In this document: positions 46,730-57,209 of the stretch, piece after piece
Layout of the letters: the number at the start of each line of letters is the position of its first letter
Numbering within the stretch: the stretch's first letter is position 1
Assembly: GCA_963704725.1 (NCBI GenBank)
Contig: OY969934.1
Coordinates: 2,848,001 to 2,912,000 of the forward strand
DNA: 64,000 bases
Source of the DNA: an uncultured Actinomycetes bacterium
GTDB taxonomy: Bacteria > Actinomycetota > UBA4738 > HRBIN12
Direction: 5' to 3'
Program-made: the position numbers and the translations under genes
Notes under the pieces: model-generated
The model's input: only the letters and a program-made list of their open reading frames with translations
Told to the model about the DNA's origin: nothing
Database searches by the model: none

Positions 46730-48652
46730 CTAGCGGGCAGGTCCCAGGAACGTCGTGAAATCGACGGCCGCGTCGTCCGCCCAGAAGGTCACGTCCGATC
46801 CGACAACCCCGCAGGGGCCGAGCTCGACCTCGTCGGTGACGGTACCGATGGCTTGACCGGCGGGCGACGTCACGGCCTGCGTCGCCTTCGTCGCGCTCGC
46901 CTTGTTGAACAGCTTGATCTGCACGAGGCCGGTCGTGTGATCCACTCGCCACTCGATGCGCACCCATCTCCCGGCGGCGACCGACGTCGACGTCGTCGCG
47001 ATGGCGACGCCGGCGCCGTCGCGAACCCGGAGGCGGCCCGTCTGCGTGACTTCGATGGAGAGACCGAGCCTATCGTCGCCCGATGCGGTGACGAGCCGGA
47101 CATCACCGGCTGGGAGCCGCTCGAACCACAGGTACATGCGTCCGAACCACAGGCTCTGCTCTCCGAACGCCGAGCTCCACGCGTAGTACGACTCCAGGCC
47201 GGAGCCAGCGACGTGCTTGGCCGAGAGGCCCTCGCCTCGCGTGTGCTTGTCGTCGAAGACAAGGCTCGCGCCCGGATCTGCCTCCACCTCGTTGAACGCG
47301 GTCCCGCTGCTCCCACCCGTGTTCGTCGGGGTGAGGGCGGCGCCCACTTGCCCACCGTCGAAGGAGTTCGTGATGGGACCAACGACCGGTGACGGGCTCG
47401 GGGACGGTGACGGGCTCGGGGACGGTGACGGGCTCGGGGACGGTGACGGGCTCGGGGACGGTGACGGGCTCGGGGACGGTGACGGGCTCGGGGACGGTGA
47501 CGGGCTCGGGGACGGTGACGGGCTCGGGGACGGACTCGGAGACGGAGATGGACTCGGGCTCGGGGACGGACTCGGGCTCGGGGACGGACTCGGGCTCGGG
47601 GACGGACTCGGAGACGGAGATGGGCTCGGAGACGGGGACGGGGTCGGCGCGCCCGGGTTGAACCAGGCGGTCGCTCCGGCCTCGCGGAAGCCAGCGGTCG
47701 AGGATGGCGACGTGTCGATCCACCACTGATAGGGGTTGTCGCTGTCGAAGTAGATGACGGCACGAAGATCCGGCCACTGCTGCGCCGTCGTAGTCAGATC
47801 ACGGAACCACATGCCCTTGCGTCCCGGCGTGGCCGGGTCCTCCTGGACGCCGGTCTCGGCAACCATCCACGGCTTCCCGTGCGCGAGCGCGAACGACCGC
47901 GCGTACTGGAAGACGTTCTGGAAGGAGGACCACGAAGATCGGGCTCGTCCCGGGAACCAGCTGTAGCCGTCCGCAGCCAGCAGGTCGACGTAGGCGTCGC
48001 CTGGATACCAGGCCGACGGGTTCTGCCCGGACCGTGAGTCGAAGGACCAGGCCATCAGGTTCCATACGAAGGCGACGTTCGTCACGCCCTGAGCCCTGAA
48101 GATGTCGACGACCCGCCGATACGCGTTCACGTAGTCGGCCGCCGTGCCGAACTGGCCCACGTTGTCCTCGGGCTCCGCGTCGAACGAGAGATACATCGGG
48201 CTGCCCATCGCCTTGACGGCGTTGGCTCGCTGCGTGATCCACGCGTTCTCAGCACCGGCCGCGATGGAGGTCCACGTGACCGAGGCGCCGTTCAACCGAA
48301 CGGGCTTCCAATTCAGGAAGGGAATCCGGCCTTGGCCGGCCGTCCATGTGTCGTAGGAGGTCGGGAAGGCGTGATCCCACTTTCGGTATTGGTGATCGAC
48401 GGCGAACCGGCGACCGACCATGGACTCGACCCGCTGGATCGCCTGCTGCTGCGTCTCGCCGACATGCGCTTTCGTCCACGCACCGAAGTAGGCGCCGTTC
48501 GTCGGGAGCAGCACGCTCGGGGGAGCCGTCGGGGTGGCCGATGCCGCACCGGTCGGGACGGTGGCGACGGCGATCGCCGTGGTCATGGCGGCAGCGAGGA
48601 ACAACGTCCGCCAGTTCGCTCGAGCTGGACCCTCGCGTCGATTCCGGTGCAT
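46730..48652 (-). CDS. Secreted GH26-like glycoside hydrolase with (SP)n linker and C-terminal ConA-like domain
   Basis: Signal peptide; [46 protein letters not shown]; ATG at 48652 after GGGGAGG. Confidence 0.85.
   Translation of the reverse strand: MHRNRREGPARANWRTLFLAAAMTTAIAVATVPTGAASATPTAPPSVLLPTNGAYFGAWTKAHVGETQQQAIQRVESMVGRRFAVDHQYRKWDHAFPTSYDTWTAGQGRIPFLNWKPVRLNGASVTWTSIAAGAENAWITQRANAVKAMGSPMYLSFDAEPEDNVGQFGTAADYVNAYRRVVDIFRAQGVTNVAFVWNLMAWSFDSRSGQNPSAWYPGDAYVDLLAADGYSWFPGRARSSWSSFQNVFQYARSFALAHGKPWMVAETGVQEDPATPGRKGMWFRDLTTTAQQWPDLRAVIYFDSDNPYQWWIDTSPSSTAGFREAGATAWFNPGAPTPSPSPSPSPSPSPSPSPSPSPSPSPSPSPSPSPSPSPSPSPSPSPSPSPSPSPSPSPSPSPSPSPSPSPSPSPSPSPSPSPSPSPVVGPITNSFDGGQVGAALTPTNTGGSSGTAFNEVEADPGASLVFDDKHTRGEGLSAKHVAGSGLESYYAWSSAFGEQSLWFGRMYLWFERLPAGDVRLVTASGDDRLGLSIEVTQTGRLRVRDGAGVAIATTSTSVAAGRWVRIEWRVDHTTGLVQIKLFNKASATKATQAVTSPAGQAIGTVTDEVELGPCGVVGSDVTFWADDAAVDFTTFLGPAR
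47388..47645. repeat. Coding tandem repeat (18-nt GGTGACGGGCTCGGGGAC and variants) encoding a Ser-Pro linker
   Basis: Near-perfect 18-bp tandem units with no spacers; translates to about 40 SP dipeptides. Confidence 0.95.
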
Positions 48653-48783
48653 CTCCGACCTCCCCTTCCGATCCGAAAGGAGGGAGATCTGGTCGAGGCG
48701 GCTTCGTCGCTGGCTCGGGCCCGGGAAGCACCAGGGCCGTACACTCGCCTCGCCACGGGGTGCCGCTGGGCAGGTCTCCCTCT
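48653..48783 (-). promoter_or_regulatory. Structured 5' leader with alternative SD-sequestering pairings (riboswitch-like)
   Basis: On the minus strand GAGGGAGACCTG pairs with CAGATCTCCCTC, which can alternatively pair with the SD region GGGAGGTC; inner stems CGAGGCG/CGCCTCG and GGCCC/GGGCC. Confidence 0.5.
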
Positions 48784-48972
48784 GATGTCTCGATCCAAAT
48801 CGGCCAGGGATCGGGGAAAGCTCAGGGGATGAAGACCTAGTCCCGACGGGCCATCCGGCCTGGCCCACTCAGGGGAGCGTCGTGCTCAGGCATGCCCGGC
48901 CGCACGCTGTGGGGGACGGAGCTCTCGACCGTCGCCGACTCGGGGATGCCCCGAAGACGACACGGTCGAGGA

Positions 48973-50301
48973 TCAGCCCAGCGCAGAGCGAACGGAGGCC
49001 GCCAGGGCCTCGGCGTGACGCCGGGCGACGTCCTCCGACTCCGCCTCGACCATGACGCGCACGAGAGGCTCGGTGCCGGAGGCGCGGACCAGCACTCGGC
49101 CGGTCTCCCCCAGCTCCGCCTCGGACGCGCGCACCGCGGCCCACAGGTCGTCCGCGCCCTCCAGCGCCTCGCGCCGCGCCACCTCGACGTTGACCAGGAC
49201 CTGCGGGAACCGCCGCATCGCGCCGGCCAGATCGCGCACGGAGACGTCTCGACGGCGGGCGAACGAGAGGAACCGGGCGGAGGTGACGAGCCCGTCCCCG
49301 GTCGTGGCGTGGTCGCGGAAGATCAGGTGCCCCGATTGCTCGCCGCCGAGGACCGCGCCGTGCTCCTGCATCTGCTCGAGGACGTAGCGGTCCCCCACGG
49401 GCGCCTCGATCACGCGGATCCCCGCCTCCCGCATCGCCAGGCGCAGCCCGAGGTTCGACATCACCGTCGTGACGACGAGATCGCCCTCCAGGCGGCCCTC
49501 CTCCTTCATCGCGATCGCGCAGGCGGCCAGGACCTGGTCGCCGTCGATCACGTTGCCCTCCGCGTCGGCGAACAGCGCGCGGTCGGCGTCCCCGTCGTGC
49601 GCAACGCCGACGTCGGCGCCCGCGGCCCTCACCGCCCCCGCCACCACGTCCGGATGGAGCGCGCCGCACCCCACGTTGATGTTCGAGCCGTCGGGGTCGG
49701 CGAAGATCGGGAACACCTGCGCGCCGAGGCGGCGGAGAGCCTCGGGCGCCACGCGCGAGGCGGCGCCGTTGGCGCAGTCGACCACCACCCGGAGCCCGTC
49801 CAGGCGGCACTCGGCCGCCGCGACGACATGGTCGACGTAGTCGGGCGCGTCCGCGGGGAGGTCCAGGACGCGCCCGCCGGAACGGGACGCGGTGTCACCG
49901 CGCGCGAGCACCGCCTCGATCTCGTTCTCGAGGTCGTCGGAGAGCTTGAACCCGTAGGGGCCGAAGAACTTGATGCCGTTGTCCTCGGGCGGGTTGTGGG
50001 AGGCCGAGATCACCACGCCCGATCCCGCCTTCAGCGCGGGGGTGAGGAACGCGACGGCCGGCGTGGGCTCCACCCCCACCAGGTACACGTCCCCGCCCGC
50101 CCCCGTGATCCCCTCGACGAGCGCCGCCTCGAGGAGCTCGCCCGAGGCCCGCGTGTCCCGTCCGATCACGAAGACGGGGGCCTCGCTCTCGTACCGCGTC
50201 AGCACGGCCACCGCGGCCCGTCCCAGATCGCGGGCCAGATCGGTCGTCAGCTCGCGACCGAACCGCCCTCGGACCCCGTCCGTCCCGAAGAGCCGCCCCA
50301 T
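48973..50301 (-). CDS. glmM: Phosphoglucosamine mutase
   Basis: LFGTDGVRG, ISASHNP, HDGDADR, GGEQSGH, RASGTEP. Confidence 0.97.
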   Translation of the reverse strand: MGRLFGTDGVRGRFGRELTTDLARDLGRAAVAVLTRYESEAPVFVIGRDTRASGELLEAALVEGITGAGGDVYLVGVEPTPAVAFLTPALKAGSGVVISASHNPPEDNGIKFFGPYGFKLSDDLENEIEAVLARGDTASRSGGRVLDLPADAPDYVDHVVAAAECRLDGLRVVVDCANGAASRVAPEALRRLGAQVFPIFADPDGSNINVGCGALHPDVVAGAVRAAGADVGVAHDGDADRALFADAEGNVIDGDQVLAACAIAMKEEGRLEGDLVVTTVMSNLGLRLAMREAGIRVIEAPVGDRYVLEQMQEHGAVLGGEQSGHLIFRDHATTGDGLVTSARFLSFARRRDVSVRDLAGAMRRFPQVLVNVEVARREALEGADDLWAAVRASEAELGETGRVLVRASGTEPLVRVMVEAESEDVARRHAEALAASVRSALG

Positions 50302-50365
50302 GTGGGCCGCAAGCGTACCGGCGGCGCCGGGGAGCTCCACGCCGGGCGACGCCCCCACCAGACGA

Positions 50366-51121
50366 TCAGGTCGCCCCGACGGCGCCCCGGCGCGCCCGCA
50401 CGATGGCGGCGAAGATGCCGTCGGGACCCTCGTTCGTCGGGACGATCTCGATCCCTTCGAAGCCGGCCCGCGCCAGCCCGTCGCGGTACTCCGCGAACGA
50501 GAGCGCCCCGGCGATGCACCCGGCGTAGCTCCCGCGCTCGGCGCGCTGCTCGGGCGTCAGCTCGTCGGAGGCCACGACGTCCGCGACGCCGACGCGCCCG
50601 CCCTCGCGGAGCACGCGGTGCATCTCCGCGAACACCTTCGACTTGTCGACCGCCAGGTTGATCACGCAGTTGGAGATGACGACGTCGACGCTCGCGTCCG
50701 GAAGCGGGACCTCCTCGATGTACCCCTTGAGGAACTCCACGTTCGTGACGCCGGCCTCGTCCGAGTTCCGCCGGGCCAGCTCGAGCATCTCGTCGGTCAT
50801 GTCGAGGCCGTAGGCCCTGCCGGTCGCCCCGACCCGCTTGGCCGACAGGATCACGTCGATGCCTCCTCCGGAGCCGAGGTCCAGCACGGTCTCGCCCGCC
50901 CGGAGCTCGGCCACCGCCGTGGGGTTCCCGCAGCCGAGGCTCGCGAGCACGGCGGCGTCCGGCAGGTCGGCGCGATCCAGGGTGCCGTAGAAGGAGGATC
51001 CGTCGTCCTCGGCCGCGCCGCCGCAGCACCCGTCGTCGCAGCACCCGCCCGCCTGCTGGTCGAGCACCTTCAGCGCGGCACCCCGGTAGTGCTCCCGGAC
51101 CTCATCTCGCACGTCGGTCAT
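50366..51121 (-). CDS. arsM: Arsenite S-adenosylmethionine methyltransferase
   Basis: [40 protein letters not shown]; N-terminal CC motifs; follows arsR. Confidence 0.93.
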   Translation of the reverse strand: MTDVRDEVREHYRGAALKVLDQQAGGCCDDGCCGGAAEDDGSSFYGTLDRADLPDAAVLASLGCGNPTAVAELRAGETVLDLGSGGGIDVILSAKRVGATGRAYGLDMTDEMLELARRNSDEAGVTNVEFLKGYIEEVPLPDASVDVVISNCVINLAVDKSKVFAEMHRVLREGGRVGVADVVASDELTPEQRAERGSYAGCIAGALSFAEYRDGLARAGFEGIEIVPTNEGPDGIFAAIVRARRGAVGAT

Positions 51122-51474
51122 CTCGTCGCCTCCTCTTTCGGCCGGAACACGACCGCCAGGCGCTCCAGCGCCTCGCGGTTCACGGAGTAGTAGGCCCAGG
51201 TGCCGCGCTGCTCGCGCTCGAGCAACCCGGCCTGGGCGAGCTTCTTCAGGTGGAAGCTCACGGTTGGCTGGGACAACCCGAGCTGCGGCGTGAGGTCGCA
51301 GACGCAGACCGGCTGGTCCGCCGTGGCCAGCAGGTTCACGATGCGCACGCGGCTCGGATCCGAGAGCGACTTGAACACGCTCGCCGTCGCGGAGGCCTCC
51401 TCCTGGGACATGCCCACCTCGGCCAGGGGCACGCAGCACTCGGCCGGCGGCTGCAGCACCGTCAGGGCCCGCAT
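51118..51474 (-). CDS. arsR: ArsR/SmtB metalloregulator
   Basis: ECC, FKSLSDPSR, VCVCDL, LSQPTVSFHLKKL, RGTWAYY. Confidence 0.92.
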   Translation of the reverse strand: MRALTVLQPPAECCVPLAEVGMSQEEASATASVFKSLSDPSRVRIVNLLATADQPVCVCDLTPQLGLSQPTVSFHLKKLAQAGLLEREQRGTWAYYSVNREALERLAVVFRPKEEATR

Positions 51475-51673
51475 CCTCAGCCGACCCGAAGGCCCAGCCG
51501 GGGAGACAACCGCAGGATCTCCTCGTCCCGGGCGGCCCGTCGGCACTCGGCGTCGCATTCGGCGCCGCAGCAGTACTCGAATCGAAGGGGAGCCGAGCGA
51601 TCGGCCCGATCGTCGTGCCTGCGTCCTCGGAAGCTCCCCATCGCGCATCCTCCCTCGCCGTCGCGATCTCATT

Positions 51674-51725
51674 CATCGACGTTCGTCGATGCAGAGTCTG
51701 ACGGATACATCGACAACTGTCAATG
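51674..51725 (-). promoter_or_regulatory. ars promoter with two ArsR-type palindromic operators
   Basis: CATCGAC-N4-GTCGATG (51674-51691) and CATCGAC-N4-GTCAATG (51708-51725); minus-strand TTGACA-N17-CAGACT overlaps them. Confidence 0.75.
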
Positions 51726-51771
51726 CCTTCAGCGTCGCGGCTCCGGGCGGCCGGAGTGGGAGGATGAGACC

Positions 51772-52002
51772 GTGAACGACGACCTGGTGCGCGTGCTCAC
51801 CACGTCCTCCGTCCCGGAGGGAGAGATCGCCAAGGGCCTGCTCGAGGAGGAGGGGATCCCCGTCCTCATGCAGGGCGGAGGCGAGGGCCCCTACCGGCTG
51901 GGCCCGATCCACCTCCTCGTGCCGGCCGGTCTCGAGGTGCAGGCGCGGCTGTTGCTGGCGTCCGCGGCGGAACCCGTCTCGGACGCCGAGGACGACGCCT
52001 GA
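51772..52002 (+). CDS. DUF2007-type small protein
   Basis: EGEIAKGLLEEEGIP...LLVP...QARLLL pattern; GTG at 51772. Confidence 0.7.
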   Translation: MNDDLVRVLTTSSVPEGEIAKGLLEEEGIPVLMQGGGEGPYRLGPIHLLVPAGLEVQARLLLASAAEPVSDAEDDA

Positions 52003-52072
52003 GCGGACGACCTCCGCGGCGGACGGCTGAGCGCTCGACGGCCGGCGACGCGAACGGTGTTCGCGCCCGACG

Positions 52073-52462
52073 TCAGCGCTTGGAGTACTGAGGCGCCTTG
52101 CGGGCCTTCTTCAGCCCGTACTTGCGACGCTCCTTCTCGCGGGGATCACGCGAGAGATAGCCCTCCTTCTTGAGGGCGGGTCGGAGCTCGGGATCCATCT
52201 CGATGAGGGCCCGGGCGATGCCGAGCCGGAGGGCGCCCGCCTGCCCGGAGACCCCGCCGCCCTCGATCCGGGCGACGACGTCGAGCTCCTTGTCGCGTCC
52301 GGCCAGCCGCAGCGGCGCCGCGACGACCATGCGGTGGGCGCGCGTCGTGAAGTACTCGTCGAGTGAGCGCCCGTTCAGCCGGAACTCGCCGGTCCCGGGG
52401 ACCAGGCGGACCCGGACCACGGCTTCCTTCCTTCGGCCGGTCGCGATCTGCGCCACGCTCAC
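52073..52462 (-). CDS. rpsI: 30S ribosomal protein S9
   Basis: [33 protein letters not shown]. Confidence 0.98.
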   Translation of the reverse strand: MSVAQIATGRRKEAVVRVRLVPGTGEFRLNGRSLDEYFTTRAHRMVVAAPLRLAGRDKELDVVARIEGGGVSGQAGALRLGIARALIEMDPELRPALKKEGYLSRDPREKERRKYGLKKARKAPQYSKR

Positions 52463-53169
52463 TCCTCCTTCTTGGTCCGCCGGACCGCGACGCGCTTGCG
52501 GGCCGGGGACTTCGCGGCGGTCGACTTCGCCGTCGCACGCTTGGCGGTGCTCTTCTTGGCGGTGCTCTTCTTGGCGGCGGGTTTCTCGGCGGCCGGCTCG
52601 GCCGTGGGGGCCTTCGCCGCCGGCTTCGCGGCGGCGCGCTTGGCGGTGCTCCGCTTGGGAGCGGCCTCAGCGGCCTCGTGCGGGACGGGCTTGGCCGGGC
52701 GGTCCTGCGGCTTGGGAAGACCCTCCCACTTCGGGATCTGTCCGAGCACCAGCGGCTCCGGCTTCTGGGCCCGGTGGGGGTGATCGGGGCCCGGATACAC
52801 CTGGAGCTTCTTGAACATCGCGCGGCCGAGACGGTTCTTGGGGAGCATCCCCCGGATCGCCTTCTCGACGGCGAACGCGGGCTTCTCCGCGAGGAGCTTG
52901 CCGTACTTGGTCGCCGTGAGGCCACCCGGATAGCCCGAGTGGCGGTAGGCGACCTTGGTCTCCTCCTTGCCGCCGGTGAGCCGGACGCCCTTGGCGTTCA
53001 CGACGATCACGTGATCGCCGGTGTCCATGTGGGGGGCGAAGATCGGCTTGTGCTTGCCGCGAAGGATCGCGGCGACCTCGCTCGACAGGCGTCCGAGAAC
53101 AGCCCCGCTGGCGTCGATCACGTACCAGCGGTGCTCGATGTCGCGCGGTCTCGGCGAGTAGGTCTTCAT
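52459..53169 (-). CDS. rplM: 50S ribosomal protein L13 with long Lys/Ala-rich C-terminal tail
   Basis: [35 protein letters not shown], followed by about 90 extra residues. Confidence 0.97.
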   Translation of the reverse strand: MKTYSPRPRDIEHRWYVIDASGAVLGRLSSEVAAILRGKHKPIFAPHMDTGDHVIVVNAKGVRLTGGKEETKVAYRHSGYPGGLTATKYGKLLAEKPAFAVEKAIRGMLPKNRLGRAMFKKLQVYPGPDHPHRAQKPEPLVLGQIPKWEGLPKPQDRPAKPVPHEAAEAAPKRSTAKRAAAKPAAKAPTAEPAAEKPAAKKSTAKKSTAKRATAKSTAAKSPARKRVAVRRTKKEE

Positions 53170-53203
53170 ACAGGAAGATGCCGGCCGGGAAGGCCGACGC
53201 ACC

Positions 53204-53233
53204 ATGCTACCTGCGGTTTCTCGCAAGCGTCAA
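53204..53233 (-). promoter_or_regulatory. Putative housekeeping promoter of rplM-rpsI
   Basis: Minus strand TTGACG-N18-TAGCAT. Confidence 0.6.
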
Positions 53234-53319
53234 AGGTGCGGAGGGACGGCCCGGCCCATGCCGGAGCGTGACCGATCCACCCGCAGGCGGACCCGCCGCC
53301 CCAGGGCGGGCGGCCCGAC

Positions 53320-53988
53320 CTACCAGACGCGCTCCTTGGCACCCGCGTGCTCGGGCTTCAGCTCCGGGCCGATCGTCGTCTCGACCGGCACCGGCGGCTC
53401 CTTCCACAGGGGCGCTCCGACCGGCGCGAGCTTGCGGCCCGCCATCCCGTTCAGGACGCCGGCCGCCGAGGTGTACCAGGCGACCGCGGCCGTGATGATC
53501 CCGATCACGCCGCCGGCCTTGATGATGCCGTCGGCCTCGCGGAAGAACCCGATCGACAGGACGATCTCGGTCACCTCGAGCGTGAAGAAGACCAGGAACA
53601 CCGCGACCGAGACCCGCGAGCTCCACAGGAGCATGTAGGTGTTGAAGATGGCGAAGGCGAGCAGGATGAACCCGAGGTCGTTGAGCGGGTTCGCGCTGCC
53701 GCCCTCGGCGAGCAGGACGTACAGGCCGAGGCCGATCCAGAACGCCCCGTAGGTCGAGAACGCGGTCGCCCCGAACACGTTGCGGTTCCGGAACTCCCAC
53801 ATCCCGGCCAGGAGCTGCGCGAGACCGCCGTAGGCGAACGCGAAGCCCAGCCACGCGTTGCCGCCGTCGGTCCAGCCGGCGTTCTTCGCTGAGAGCAGGA
53901 ACGTGGTGAGCGCGAAGGCGGCCAGCCCGAGCGGTGCGGGGTCGGCGACCGCCGCGAGCTCGACGCGGCGCTGCGGGGTCTGGTCCAC
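53320..53988 (-). CDS. Acetate uptake transporter, SatP (GPR1/FUN34/YaaH) family
   Basis: ADPAPLGLAAF, YGGLAQLLAG, FGATAFSTYGAFW. Confidence 0.92.
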   Translation of the reverse strand: MDQTPQRRVELAAVADPAPLGLAAFALTTFLLSAKNAGWTDGGNAWLGFAFAYGGLAQLLAGMWEFRNRNVFGATAFSTYGAFWIGLGLYVLLAEGGSANPLNDLGFILLAFAIFNTYMLLWSSRVSVAVFLVFFTLEVTEIVLSIGFFREADGIIKAGGVIGIITAAVAWYTSAAGVLNGMAGRKLAPVGAPLWKEPPVPVETTIGPELKPEHAGAKERVW

Positions 53989-54091
53989 GGGGTTCCTCCC
54001 ATTGTGAGACGGCTCGACGGTCCGATGTTCCCGTCGCCGGCGCGACCCGAGCACCGCCGAAGGTCCCCTCCCCCGGGGGCGGAGTGGGCCC

Positions 54092-54832
54092 CTACCGGCG
54101 CCCGTAGCCGACGCGCTCGAGCGTCAGGCCGTGCGGGGGCGCGAGCTCCCCGGCCCGGCTCCGGTCCCGCGAGGCCAGGATCGCGCCGATGGCGTCCGGG
54201 TTCCGGCGGCCCTCCCCGACCGCGACCAGGGTCCCGACGAGGCTCCGCACCATCTGATGGACGAACGCGTTCGCCCGGGCCGAGATCTCCACCCGGTCGC
54301 CCGCTCGGGAGACCGAGAGCCGGTCGAGCCGCCGCACGGTCGGCGATCCGTCCCGAGGGGCGCGGCCGAAGGCCGCGAAGTCGTGCTCGCCGAGGAGGGC
54401 CCGGGCGGCGGCTCGCATCTGGCGAAGGGAGGGCGCGCCCGGGTGATGCCAGACGTACCGAGCCTCGAACGGATCCGGCCACGGACCGAGGTCGATCCGG
54501 TATCGGTACTCGCGGAACGTCGCCGAGAACCGGGCGTCGAACCCGTCCGGGGCGAGCCCAGCCTCGAGCACGACGACCTCGGGGGCGAGCATGGCGTTCA
54601 CCGCCCGCTGCAGCTTGGACGGATCCGGCCGATCCGCGCGGAACGACGCCACTTGGCCCCGTGCATGCACGCCGGCGTCCGTCCTGCCCGCCACCGAGAG
54701 CTTCGGCGGCGACCCCAGGACGCGAGAGAGGGCGCCCTCGAGGGCGCCCTCCACGGTGCGAAGGCCCCGCTGCCTGGCCCAGCCGCGGAACCCCGTCCCG
54801 TCGTACGCGAGCCGCATCCGCACGACCGTCAC
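54092..54832 (-). CDS. truA: tRNA pseudouridine(38-40) synthase
   Basis: YDGTGFRGW, AGRTDAGVHA, FDARFSA, GEHDF, APPHGL. Confidence 0.97.
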   Translation of the reverse strand: MTVVRMRLAYDGTGFRGWARQRGLRTVEGALEGALSRVLGSPPKLSVAGRTDAGVHARGQVASFRADRPDPSKLQRAVNAMLAPEVVVLEAGLAPDGFDARFSATFREYRYRIDLGPWPDPFEARYVWHHPGAPSLRQMRAAARALLGEHDFAAFGRAPRDGSPTVRRLDRLSVSRAGDRVEISARANAFVHQMVRSLVGTLVAVGEGRRNPDAIGAILASRDRSRAGELAPPHGLTLERVGYGRR

Positions 54833-54846
54833 GGCGGCCGGCGGAG

Positions 54847-55206
54847 CTACTCGTTCCCGACGAGCTCGATCCTCGCCATGGGCGCGGCGTCGCCCAGCCG
54901 CTGGCCGAGCTTGAGGATCCGCGTGTACCCCCCGTTGCGCTCGGCGTAGCGGGGACCGATCTCGCTGAACAGCTTGTGCACGATGTCGCGGTCGGGGATC
55001 TGCTTCAGCACCTCGCGCCGCGCCGCCACGTCGCCCTTCTTGGCAAACGTGATCAGCTTCTCGGCGACGGGGCGCACGGCCTTGGCCTTCGCCTCGGTCG
55101 TGTTGATCCCCTCGTGCGTGAACAGCTGCGCGGCGAGCCCGTTCAGCAGGAGCCGCTGGTGCGCCGGACCCGAGCCGAGGCGCGGGCCCTTCTTCGGCCT
55201 GGGCAT
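54847..55206 (-). CDS. rplQ: 50S ribosomal protein L17
   Basis: [24 protein letters not shown]. Confidence 0.98.
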   Translation of the reverse strand: MPRPKKGPRLGSGPAHQRLLLNGLAAQLFTHEGINTTEAKAKAVRPVAEKLITFAKKGDVAARREVLKQIPDRDIVHKLFSEIGPRYAERNGGYTRILKLGQRLGDAAPMARIELVGNE

Positions 55207-55208
55207 CC

Positions 55209-56138
55209 CTACTCCTCCCGCAGCCCGAGGCCGAGCTCCTCGAGCTTGGCCTTGACCTCGTCGATCGACTTCTGGCCGAAGTTGCGGATGTCCATGAGCT
55301 CCGCCTCGGACTTCTGGACCAGGTCGCCGACCGAGTTGATGCCCTCGCGCTTCAGGCAGTTGTACGAGCGGACCGACAGGTTGAGCTCCTCGACCGTGAT
55401 CGCGTAGTCCGAGGGGACGGACTCGTCCTCGGCCGGTCCCACCTGCATCGACGGAGCCTCGGCCAGGTCGCTCACGAGCTGCACGAGCTCGAGGAGCGTC
55501 CCGCCGGCGCTCGCCAGCGCCTCGCGCGGGCTGATCGAGCCGTCGGTCTCGACGTCCAGGATCAGCCGGTCGCGGTCGGTCATCTGCTCGACGCGCGTGT
55601 TCTCGACCGCGTAGGAGACGCGGCGCACCGGCGAGAAGATCGAGTCCACCGGGATCACGCCGATCGGGTCGCGGGGCTTCTTGTTCTTGTCGGCCATGCG
55701 GTATCCGACGCCACGCTCGACCGTCATCTCCATCTCCAGCGACCCACCCTTGCCGATCGTGGCGATGTGGAGGTCGGGGTTAAGGATCTCGACGCCCGCC
55801 GGGGGCGCGATGTCGCCGGCCGTGACCTCGCCGGGCCCCTTGGCCTTGAGGTACACCGTGACCGGCTCGTCCGCCTCGCTGCGGATCACGAGCTCCTTGA
55901 TGTTGAGGATCACGTCGGTGACGTCCTCGGTGACCTTGGGGATCGTCGAGAACTCGTGCAGCACGGTCTCGATCCGGATCGAGCTGATCGCGGCGCCGGG
56001 GATCGACGACAGCAGCGTGCGCCGCAGTGAGTTCCCGACGGTGTACCCGAACCCCGGCTCGAGGGGCTCGATGACGAACTTGGACCGCGTCGTGGAGACG
56101 GACTCCTCCTGGATCTGCGGTCTCGCGACGATGAACAC
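55209..56138 (-). CDS. rpoA: RNA polymerase alpha subunit
   Basis: [39 protein letters not shown]. Confidence 0.98.
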   Translation of the reverse strand: MFIVARPQIQEESVSTTRSKFVIEPLEPGFGYTVGNSLRRTLLSSIPGAAISSIRIETVLHEFSTIPKVTEDVTDVILNIKELVIRSEADEPVTVYLKAKGPGEVTAGDIAPPAGVEILNPDLHIATIGKGGSLEMEMTVERGVGYRMADKNKKPRDPIGVIPVDSIFSPVRRVSYAVENTRVEQMTDRDRLILDVETDGSISPREALASAGGTLLELVQLVSDLAEAPSMQVGPAEDESVPSDYAITVEELNLSVRSYNCLKREGINSVGDLVQKSEAELMDIRNFGQKSIDEVKAKLEELGLGLREE

Positions 56139-56257
56139 CTGGCTACCTCCTCCGGCGGGGGATCATCCACTCCTACCCCACCTCTGCGTTGCGGGGCTAC
56201 CGCTTCGCTGCTCGAGCCCCGTGACGCCCGCGTCGACCTGGCGCGGACGGGCCGGCA

Positions 56258-56650
56258 CTAGACGCGCCGGCGCTTCTTGGGCCGGACGCCGTTGTGCGGC
56301 ACCGGCGTGACGTCCTGGATGCCCGCGACCTCGAGGCCGGTCGCCGCGAGCGAGCGGATCGCGGTCTCGCGACCCGACCCAGGGCCCTTCACGAACACGT
56401 CGACCTTCTGCAGGCCGTGCTCCTGCGCCTTGCGTGCGGCGGACTCCGCCGCCAGCTGGGCCGCGAAGGGCGTGGACTTCCGGGAGCCCTTGAACCCGAC
56501 GTTCCCGGCGCTCGCCCAGGAGATCGTGTTGCCCTGCAGGTCCGTGATCGTGACGATCGTGTTGTTGAACGTGGACTTGATGTGGGCCTGGCCGTGGACG
56601 ACGTTCTTCTTCTCGCGACGCTTGGTCTTCTTGGCCTTCGGCTTCGCCAC
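56258..56650 (-). CDS. rpsK: 30S ribosomal protein S11
   Basis: [25 protein letters not shown]. Confidence 0.98.
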   Translation of the reverse strand: MAKPKAKKTKRREKKNVVHGQAHIKSTFNNTIVTITDLQGNTISWASAGNVGFKGSRKSTPFAAQLAAESAARKAQEHGLQKVDVFVKGPGSGRETAIRSLAATGLEVAGIQDVTPVPHNGVRPKKRRRV

Positions 56651-56662
56651 GGATACGCCCCT

Positions 56663-57043
56663 TTACTTCTTCCCGGCCTTCTTCTTGCCGGCGACCGTCT
56701 TGCGCGGTCCCTTGCGGGTCCGCGCGTTCGTGTGCGTCCGCTGCCCGCGGACCGGGAGGCTCCGGCGGTGCCGGATCCCCTGGTAGCTCCCGATCTCGAT
56801 CTTCCGCTTGATGTCCTGCGCGACCTCCCGGCGGAGGTCACCTTCGACCTTGTACGTGCGGTCGATGAACTCGCGGATCCGGCTGACCTCGTCCTCGGAG
56901 AGGTCGCGCACCTTGGTGCCGCCCTCGACGCCCGACCCCTGGACGATCTGGAACGCCCGGGTGGGGCCGATCCCGTAGATGTAGCGGAGCGCGACATCGA
57001 CCCGCTTGTCGCGGGGGAGGTCGACGCCTGCGATTCGGGCCAC
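56663..57043 (-). CDS. rpsM: 30S ribosomal protein S13
   Basis: [27 protein letters not shown]. Confidence 0.98.
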   Translation of the reverse strand: MARIAGVDLPRDKRVDVALRYIYGIGPTRAFQIVQGSGVEGGTKVRDLSEDEVSRIREFIDRTYKVEGDLRREVAQDIKRKIEIGSYQGIRHRRSLPVRGQRTHTNARTRKGPRKTVAGKKKAGKK

Positions 57044-57064
57044 GCTGGTCTCCCCTCTCTCCGA

Positions 57065-57178
57065 CTACCCTTGCCGCTGCTTGTGCCGGGGGTTCGAGCA
57101 GATCACCCGGATCTGGCCGCGCCGGCGGATGATCTTGCACTTGTCGCAGATCTTCTTGACCGACGGGCGGACCTTCAT
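57065..57178 (-). CDS. rpmJ: 50S ribosomal protein L36
   Basis: Read manually: [37 protein letters not shown]. Confidence 0.97.
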   Translation of the reverse strand: MKVRPSVKKICDKCKIIRRRGQIRVICSNPRHKQRQG

Positions 57179-57209
57179 GGCGCCGAACCCTTCCCTTGCC
57201 CCGAGACAC

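Noticed and set aside
47388-47645. CRISPR array
   Set aside because: The units are contiguous without spacers, lie in frame within a CDS, and no cas genes are present.
56139-56257. Absence of rpsD between rpsK and rpoA
   Set aside because: rpsD is located elsewhere in several lineages, including Streptomyces and Bacillus, so this is not novel.
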